Assembly: GCF_000022265.1 (NCBI RefSeq)
Contig: NC_011979.1
Coordinates: 1,620,001-1,652,000, forward strand
Direction of reading: 5' to 3'
Length of the DNA: 32,000 nucleotides
DNA from: Geotalea daltonii FRC-32
Lineage (GTDB): Bacteria > Desulfobacterota > Desulfuromonadia > Geobacterales > Geobacteraceae
Positions within the stretch are counted from its first letter, which is position 1; every line of letters starts with the position of its first letter. The translations under genes and the position numbers were made by a program. Below the pieces are notes generated by a model. It had not been told where the DNA came from and ran no database searches. It saw only the letters and a program-made list of their open reading frames with translations. Shown piece after piece: positions 26,453 through 32,000 of this stretch.

Positions 26453-26615
26453 GAGTCTGTCGGACTTAGAATGAATCGGCTGCGAAAATGGCAAATCGGT
26501 CCGGATCTCCGTAAATTTTCGACAAATAGGTCCACTATTCGCTCTCAAATTTCCAAATATCCGTCCTCGATTTTCCATTCTCTCGCTTCGATCCCTAAGT
26601 CCGACAGGCTCCTAG
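26449..26615. mobile_element. MITE-like element: 159-bp insert with 17-bp terminal inverted repeats, flanked by duplicated CTAG
   Basis: ctaggagtctgtcggacttag (26449-26469) versus the reverse complement of 26595-26615, ctaggagcctgtcggacttag: 20 of 21 positions match. No ORF of credible size lies inside. It sits between the convergent rsmI and pgi genes. Confidence 0.5.
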
Positions 26616-28204
26616 CCCCCATGGTAAAATTTTTTGTCGAAAACGGTTCGACCTTTTTCGGCAACAACACTATGATCTGGATTGGCAGCAGCATGAAGAA
26701 GGATTCTGTAAATAGCTTCAGCTTCTCCCTCGGCTCCAATTGCAGCAGCAAGTTCTTCGGCAGTAAATCCTCTTCCCTTTTTTTCTTGCAGATGTGCCAG
26801 CACCTTTCCCTGTATCTCTAGCACCACTCCTGCTGCTTTCTTGCCCGCCTCCACCCCCGGCTGATGATAAGCGTTGATGTTGACCAGGGAGGCATAGAAG
26901 CCAACCGCCCGCTCGTACAGGGCAATCAGAACACCAATAGTGCGCGGGCTAAGCTCATCGACAGTGATAGTTATCGATTCCCTGCCCTTTTCATAGAGAG
27001 CCTCCCGCGTTCCCTGAAAAAAGCCGCTGAGGTAATCCCCGCTTGTGACGCCGGGGTCCACCTCAATGGACCGACCATTCCTGTCTTTCAGCACCTCGAT
27101 AAAGGTAACGAAAAAATTATTTATTCCCTCGCGAAGCTGCTGCACGTAGGCATGCTGGTCGGTGGAGCCCTTGTTGCCATATACGGCGATTCCCTGATTG
27201 GCTTGGGTGCCGTTCCGGTCAAATTCCTTGCCGATGGATTCCATGATCAGCTGCTGCAGGTAGCGGGAAAAAAGGAGCAGGCGGTCCTTGTATGGCAGAA
27301 TGACCATGTCTTTCGCGCCGCAGCCGCCGGTTGCATAATGCCACATGAGCGCCAGCAGGGCGGCTGGGTTGTTCCTCGTTTCCCTGATGCGGGTTACCAT
27401 GTCGCAGAGCCGGGCTCCTTCTAGCAGGCCGTCGATGTCAAGCCCCTGGAGGGCCGCCGGGAGAAGCCCCACTGCCGAGGTTACCGAAGTGCGCCCGCCG
27501 ATCCAATCCCACATTGGAAAGCGGGCCAGCCAGCCTTCTGCGGCAGCAGTCCTGTCCAGTTCACTGTCCCTGCCGGTAACGGCAACTGCCTGTCTGGCGA
27601 AGAGAAGGCCTCTGTCCTCATATGCCTTCTTTGCCTCCAGCATGCCGTTTCGTGTCTCTTTGGTGCCGCCGCTCTTGGATATGACGATGGTGAGGGTTTC
27701 CTTCAGGTAACTGCCGATCCGAGCCAGAACCAGATCCATGCCGTCAGGGTCGGTATTGTCGAAAAAGAAAGGGGTAATCTTGTCCTTTGCCGAACCGAGG
27801 GCGTCGGCGACGAACTGGGGTCCAAGTGCAGACCCGCCGATGCCGATGATGAGCATGCGGGTATAGCGACTGCCGTTGGGGGGAGAAATGGCGCCGCTGT
27901 GGATGTTTTCGGTGAACTCTTTGATTGCCCTGAGTGTGAACCCTATCTCAGAAGATATTTCCTTCGTCGGAGCCAGTTCCGGGTTCCTCAGCCAGTAATG
28001 GCCAACCATCCGCTTTTCATCCCCATTGGCAATACCTCCCCGTTCAAGCTCAGCCATTTGTTCAAGGGCCTGTTGCATCAGCGGTTCCATGAGCTGGAAA
28101 AAATCATCCGGAAAATTCATCCGGCTTAGATCGAGCATCATGCCGATCTCCGGGTATACCCCCAGGTATTTCCTGTATCTTTGCCAAAGCTCAAGCTTAT
28201 TCAT
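26612..28204 (-). CDS. pgi: Glucose-6-phosphate isomerase
   Basis: Long ORF with [10 protein letters not shown], the SKSGGTKET sugar-isomerase motif and [12 protein letters not shown]. The start is set at the ATG at 28204 (MNKLELW), preceded by GGAGGGG. An alternative ATG at 28240 overlaps the upstream stop (ATGA). Confidence 0.95.
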   Translation of the reverse strand: MNKLELWQRYRKYLGVYPEIGMMLDLSRMNFPDDFFQLMEPLMQQALEQMAELERGGIANGDEKRMVGHYWLRNPELAPTKEISSEIGFTLRAIKEFTENIHSGAISPPNGSRYTRMLIIGIGGSALGPQFVADALGSAKDKITPFFFDNTDPDGMDLVLARIGSYLKETLTIVISKSGGTKETRNGMLEAKKAYEDRGLLFARQAVAVTGRDSELDRTAAAEGWLARFPMWDWIGGRTSVTSAVGLLPAALQGLDIDGLLEGARLCDMVTRIRETRNNPAALLALMWHYATGGCGAKDMVILPYKDRLLLFSRYLQQLIMESIGKEFDRNGTQANQGIAVYGNKGSTDQHAYVQQLREGINNFFVTFIEVLKDRNGRSIEVDPGVTSGDYLSGFFQGTREALYEKGRESITITVDELSPRTIGVLIALYERAVGFYASLVNINAYHQPGVEAGKKAAGVVLEIQGKVLAHLQEKKGRGFTAEELAAAIGAEGEAEAIYRILLHAAANPDHSVVAEKGRTVFDKKFYHGG

Positions 28205-28236
28205 AGCCCCTCCGGAAGATATTTTGTTTATCTCGG

Positions 28237-29193
28237 TCATGCAGTGGCGCCGGTGCAACTGGAGCCGCTTCCTGCCGTACAGCAGTAACAATGCTGGGCG
28301 AGGAAAAGTTCGGTACCGTGTTTTGTCGTCTGCTCCAGGTCATCTATCTTGAGGATGCACCCGGAAGGATCAGTAATGGGCAGACCTACCGCCTGGTTGA
28401 AATCGCAGTTGTAGATAAAGCCTTTCCAGTCGACGCTTACCAGGGTACGGCACATGAGGTTTCTTGCCGCATCGGGGTTGAAGCTGGTGGCAAGCAGGTT
28501 CAGGTAGTGATCAAGGGCTCCCTTGGACTCAAGATATTCCCTGAAACGGCCTATGGGAGCATTGGTGATGGCATAGAGGTGGTTGAAGGTAATGCCATGG
28601 CGCTCGAAAAGCTCAACCTTGTAGGCCGCTTCCAGCTCTTTCTGCGAGCCGGGGATAAAGGCTTCTCCCGGATTGTAGACCAGGTTCAGCTCATGACGGC
28701 AGCCATAGCCGACCTCGTTAAGCCGCTTCAGTGCGGCAATGGATTTGGCATGGACACCTTGCCCCCGTTGTCTGTCGATATTTTCCTCAAGATAACACGG
28801 CAGAGACGCGGTGATGACAATGCCGTGCTTGCTGTAAAACTCGGGCAGCCACGCCATTTCCGGTTCTTCCATAATGGTCAGGTTGCTGCGAACGATGCGA
28901 CGTGGGGATAGGCCGGCGGTTGTCTCCATGAGATAGCGGAAATGGGGATTCATCTCCGGGCAGCCCCCTGTTACATCCAGAGCAATGCCTGACTGGCGGG
29001 ACAGGAGGGCGATTACCTTGTCCATGACTTCCTTGCCCATGATCTCACGTCCATGGGGGGAGGCATTTACGTGACAATGGCGGCAGGACATATTGCAGAG
29101 GTTTCCCAGGTTAAGCTGCAGTGTTTGCAACGAGTCGAAGGTGATAAAAACCGGATCCAGACTTTGCAGGCGTTCTTTGAAAGCAGCTACCAT
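28237..29193 (-). CDS. arsS: Radical SAM/Cys-rich protein of the ArsS (arsenosugar biosynthesis radical SAM (seleno)protein) family
   Basis: [13 protein letters not shown] (CX3CX2C-type radical SAM cluster) and the C-terminal Cys-rich tail [15 protein letters not shown], characteristic of this family from memory. The start is set at the ATG at 29193, preceded by GGAGA. The track start at 29304 is a TTG. Confidence 0.7.
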   Translation of the reverse strand: MVAAFKERLQSLDPVFITFDSLQTLQLNLGNLCNMSCRHCHVNASPHGREIMGKEVMDKVIALLSRQSGIALDVTGGCPEMNPHFRYLMETTAGLSPRRIVRSNLTIMEEPEMAWLPEFYSKHGIVITASLPCYLEENIDRQRGQGVHAKSIAALKRLNEVGYGCRHELNLVYNPGEAFIPGSQKELEAAYKVELFERHGITFNHLYAITNAPIGRFREYLESKGALDHYLNLLATSFNPDAARNLMCRTLVSVDWKGFIYNCDFNQAVGLPITDPSGCILKIDDLEQTTKHGTELFLAQHCYCCTAGSGSSCTGATA

Positions 29194-29555
29194 GTATTCT
29201 CCATTGCAGTATTGTAAAGGGATGGTCATCCCTGAAAGAGGATTAATAATACCATAACTCCTTGCAGATTCAAGGCTGGAGCTGCTCAAAAAGCTGCTGT
29301 TCAAGTGGGGTCAGCTGTTCAGAAATGTTTTTTGATGGCAACTCTTTGAAAGAACAGTGAATTTTCAATTTTTTCCTGGATCTCTGTGCAACACCTGAAC
29401 ACTATTTCTTTCTGCAGAAAAAAAAGTCAGACAATCAAATTTGAATATATCTTATAAAAATCATGTACTTATAAAAAAAGTTGTGGGGGCTGCCGAATGG
29501 TACGGAGGTTGTAATAACAAAAGCAAATACCAAATACATTCCAGGAGGCCAGGCC

Positions 29556-30137
29556 ATGTTAAACATCAATATCATATGGGGAACAAAGAAAACCATGGCA
29601 GCCGTTCTTTTTGCATGTGCCATGATAGCAAATTCGATTGACGTTTCTGCATCCACGGGGGAGCCCTGCACTTTTGTAAAGCAGCTTGAGGATCCTGTTG
29701 AAGACTACAACTTCCGGGGACGCATCAATGCTGTGAAGAAGGCATCCACTTCTCAATATGGGGAATTTTTTGCAGACAAGCCTTTTACCGTCGTCAAGGA
29801 CGGAGAGACTTTCGAAGTGGATTCCTTTTCCTTCGACTGCCTGAGCTGCCACGACGGATCAACATCTCCCGCACACGATATCAGCTACAAGAATGCTGCC
29901 AATTCCGGGACCTTTTCGGGAGATGGGCTGAGAAGCCATCCCATCGGCACCCACTACGGCAGTGCAGCCTACATCAATGAACAGCTTCGCCGACTGGAAA
30001 ACATCGACCCGAACATGGTGCTTGTTGACGGCAGGGTTGGCTGCCTGACCTGTCATGACCCGTTGAATCGGAACGCACCCCATCTGGTGGCGAGCAATGA
30101 TCGCAGCAACCTCTGTCTGACCTGCCACATCAAATAG
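29556..30137 (+). CDS. Secreted triheme c-type cytochrome
   Basis: Three CXXCH motifs (CLSCH, CLTCH, CLTCH) and an N-terminal signal-like segment (MAAVLFACAMIANSIDVSAS). AGGAGG lies 7 nt upstream of the ATG at 29556. Confidence 0.8.
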   Translation: MLNINIIWGTKKTMAAVLFACAMIANSIDVSASTGEPCTFVKQLEDPVEDYNFRGRINAVKKASTSQYGEFFADKPFTVVKDGETFEVDSFSFDCLSCHDGSTSPAHDISYKNAANSGTFSGDGLRSHPIGTHYGSAAYINEQLRRLENIDPNMVLVDGRVGCLTCHDPLNRNAPHLVASNDRSNLCLTCHIK

Positions 30138-30181
30138 GGATGCGAGTAGTAAGCAACGGACCAACCTGGGAGGATACGGCC

Positions 30182-30634
30182 ATGGGATACAGATACGTAG
30201 CACCTGAAGAAAAGGCAGGGGAAGGTGTTTTCCGGATCATGGAAGTAGTGATGGTGAAAAAGGGGCCAGTTGGCGTGGGAATGACTTCAAGCCAGATTCT
30301 GACTGTGGATAATCATTGGGATACCTTGAGGTATGTCCAGGAAAATATGGATGAAATAATTGCCACGATGGTCAAGGTGATGAGAATGGAAACGAACAGT
30401 CGCAGGAAAATCGATGAGAATGCCAGGCTCTTTGAGAAAAACCTGGAACCGCTGTTTTCACTGATTTCGGCAACGAGTAAAGAGAACCTGATGGACAAGC
30501 TGTCCAGTTCACTGAAAAAGGCATTGCTCTTGATGGCCTTGGATCGTTATCAATGTGACCGGGATACCATCTGTCGGGCCCTGGGGATCACCAAGGACAA
30601 ACTGGACAAGGAGATGAAGGCCTGTGGGTTGTAA
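30182..30634 (+). CDS. Small protein with C-terminal Fis-type helix-turn-helix
   Basis: The C-terminus LLMALDRYQCDRDTICRALGITKDKLDKEMKACGL resembles the Fis/NtrC DNA-binding HTH. The N-terminal about 100 aa is unrecognised. The start is chosen at 30182 (GGGAGGA at 7 nt); an alternative ATG lies at 30140. Confidence 0.55.
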   Translation: MGYRYVAPEEKAGEGVFRIMEVVMVKKGPVGVGMTSSQILTVDNHWDTLRYVQENMDEIIATMVKVMRMETNSRRKIDENARLFEKNLEPLFSLISATSKENLMDKLSSSLKKALLLMALDRYQCDRDTICRALGITKDKLDKEMKACGL

Positions 30635-30691
30635 GGCTGCGCTGCAGGGAAGGAAGCGGCAGAAGGCCAACATGGAAAAGGATATTGATGG

Positions 30692-30732
30692 AAAAGATAA
30701 GGCGGAAGATGTTTGTTCCGCCTTATCTTTTT
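30692..30732. terminator. Bidirectional rho-independent terminator between convergent genes
   Basis: aaaagataaggcggaa (30692-30707) pairs perfectly with ttccgccttatctttt (30716-30731) as a 16-bp stem with an 8-nt loop. An A-run lies on one side and a T-run on the other. Confidence 0.85.
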
Positions 30733-30735
30733 CCG

Positions 30736-32000
30736 TCAGCAGCTATGGCGCTGGGCACGTCGGAAGAAAAATACCCCGCCGAAGATTATCAGGATAAGCG
30801 GCAGTGCCAGGCTATGTTCAACGAAGAAGATGACTGGGGCAAGGACCACTCGGCACAGGGTTCTTGCTGTGGCATGTTCGGCTATGAATGCTGCCAGAGG
30901 CGGACTGACGCGGTAGTAGAGGGAGACGAAGGCCCTGCCGGGTGCATTCGTCAGCAGGTAGTGATCCCGGAACTGGCGCAGGAGCGTGACCTTTGGATGG
31001 AGATAGCTGCCGTAGGCAGCAGTGGCGATGAAGCAGCCGCTTTTGCCTCCCGATGAAGCAGTTGTGGTGCCGCCTGGTAGCGAGGGGAGCTGGGAGCCAT
31101 CGGTATTGAAGTAGGCTACCTGGTTGTCGGACGAGCTGTTGTTGCAGATGAGCAGCATCACTTCTTCTGTCCCGGAGGCGTTGAAGGATGGAATGGTGAT
31201 GGTGCCGTCGGCAGCCTGGGAAAACTGGTCGATGCTGCCGCTTGTGTTCTTCCTGAAGGCTGCAACCTTGATTCCCTGAGACTGGGATAAACGGAGCACC
31301 AGATCCTGCGGCGCGGTGGCTGACTTGACGAACCTGTAAAAGGCAAAGGAATAATGGGGCAGGCCGGGAGACGTGCCACTGCTTACCGGATAGGCTGAAA
31401 ATGCCTGTTTAGGTACGACGGGGTGAATCAAAGATATGTCATTCTTGTGGCTGAACCAATCGCGCAGATACAGCCTTTTGCTGAAGGAGAAGAAATCGTT
31501 GTCAATACTGCTTCCCTTGGACCTGAGTACCGTGTCGATGACCGGCAGCATCGGTATATCGGCGCCTCCGCCAGGTGAAGACTGCGTTGCCAAATGCTCC
31601 CAGATCTGCCTCACCACCGGGCTCTGGGCATACCGCTCCGTCAGATAGCGGTTGAAGATCCAGCGGCCGTATTCGCTGTTGTCGCCGCTTTGAGCAGCGG
31701 CATCAAGGGACATGGTTTTGGTAAGATAATTGTTAACGTACAGGTAAAGCTGGTTAACCCCGTCATATACTTCGTCTTCGATCCAGGTGGCGGTAACTTC
31801 GGCAAACCAGATGTCGAAATAATAGTTGTAACCATACTGGATGGCGTGGTGATATTCATGGGCGGCTGTGATTTGCAGAGCCTTCTGCGGCGTGTATTCA
31901 GTGATCTGTGTGCCGAATTCGCCGGCGGAGAAGTCGTTGTCGATGGTAATGAAGCTGGTGAAAGAGTTTGATCCGGGAGAGGACTGGATATCGGTCTCGG
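30736..32000 (-). CDS. HEXXH zinc-metalloprotease-like secreted protein with CFIATAAYGS-type C-terminal membrane anchor (5' end outside the window)
   Basis: The track ORF starts at the internal Met at 31713. My manual translation of the same frame stays open to the window edge: ...ITAAHEYHHAIQYGYNYYFDIWFAEVTATWIEDEVYDGVNQLYLYVNNYLTKT-MSLD. HEYHH lies at 31846-31860. The C-terminus has GCFIATAAYGS (31006-31035), then LRQFRD...YYRVSPPLA and hydrophobic helices. Confidence 0.7.
   Translation of the reverse strand, partial: ETDIQSSPGSNSFTSFITIDNDFSAGEFGTQITEYTPQKALQITAAHEYHHAIQYGYNYYFDIWFAEVTATWIEDEVYDGVNQLYLYVNNYLTKTMSLDAAAQSGDNSEYGRWIFNRYLTERYAQSPVVRQIWEHLATQSSPGGGADIPMLPVIDTVLRSKGSSIDNDFFSFSKRLYLRDWFSHKNDISLIHPVVPKQAFSAYPVSSGTSPGLPHYSFAFYRFVKSATAPQDLVLRLSQSQGIKVAAFRKNTSGSIDQFSQAADGTITIPSFNASGTEEVMLLICNNSSSDNQVAYFNTDGSQLPSLPGGTTTASSGGKSGCFIATAAYGSYLHPKVTLLRQFRDHYLLTNAPGRAFVSLYYRVSPPLAAFIAEHATARTLCRVVLAPVIFFVEHSLALPLILIIFGGVFFFRRAQRHSC

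Noticed and set aside
26471-26821. 116-aa plus-strand ORF starting inside the MITE-like element.
   Set aside because: It runs antisense into pgi, is low-complexity (Ser/Phe/Lys-rich) and has no RBS. It is most likely spurious.
28205-28291. Longer pgi start (track start 28291) and the intermediate ATG at 28240.
   Set aside because: 28291 would overlap the upstream radical SAM gene by 55 nt with no RBS. The ATG at 28204 has GGAGGGG at ideal spacing and gives a typical ~530-aa Pgi. 28240 (ATGA coupling) is kept only as an alternative.
30685-31056. 123-aa plus-strand ORF downstream of the Fis-like gene.
   Set aside because: It starts inside the bidirectional terminator and lies opposite the well-supported CFIATAAYGS C-terminal region of the metalloprotease gene.

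Overview
The window reads as a chromosomal segment from a Geobacter/Desulfuromonas-like deltaproteobacterium. That assignment is an inference from protein appearance and gene order and has not been checked against any database. It has three parts. (1) 97-16382 is a same-strand surface-glycan cluster. It holds two GT-C-type membrane glycosyltransferases (a TMTC/PMT-like one with TPR repeats and a YfhO-like one), five GT2/GT4 enzymes, a GT10 fucosyltransferase-like enzyme, a CgeB-like GT, a Wzx-like flippase, two methyltransferases (FkbM, DUF268), a DUF2304 membrane protein and an EPS-type MarR regulator. (2) 16474-28204 is housekeeping: DUF721/DciA-like, DUF3343-yedF, the ffh-rpsP-KH-rimM-trmD-SPOUT-rplS operon, rnhB, a YraN-family gene, a split nitrilase + nadE pair, rsmI, and a convergent pgi. 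(3) 28237-32000 is a small accessory patch: an ArsS-like radical SAM gene, a triheme c-type cytochrome, a small Fis-type HTH protein, and a HEXXH metalloprotease with a CFIATAAYGS C-terminal anchor that runs off the window. I found no rRNA, tRNA, CRISPR array, transposase, integrase or recognisable defence gene, and I cannot point to a clear new multi-gene system. The least explained signals are at DNA level. Two inverted pairs of tandem heptanucleotide arrays sit exactly on gene boundaries or in-frame inside genes, and one of them is a perfect G4N3 quadruplex motif. A 159-bp MITE-like element with CTAG duplications supplies the stop codons of two convergent genes. A G9 tract lies inside the YfhO-like gene.
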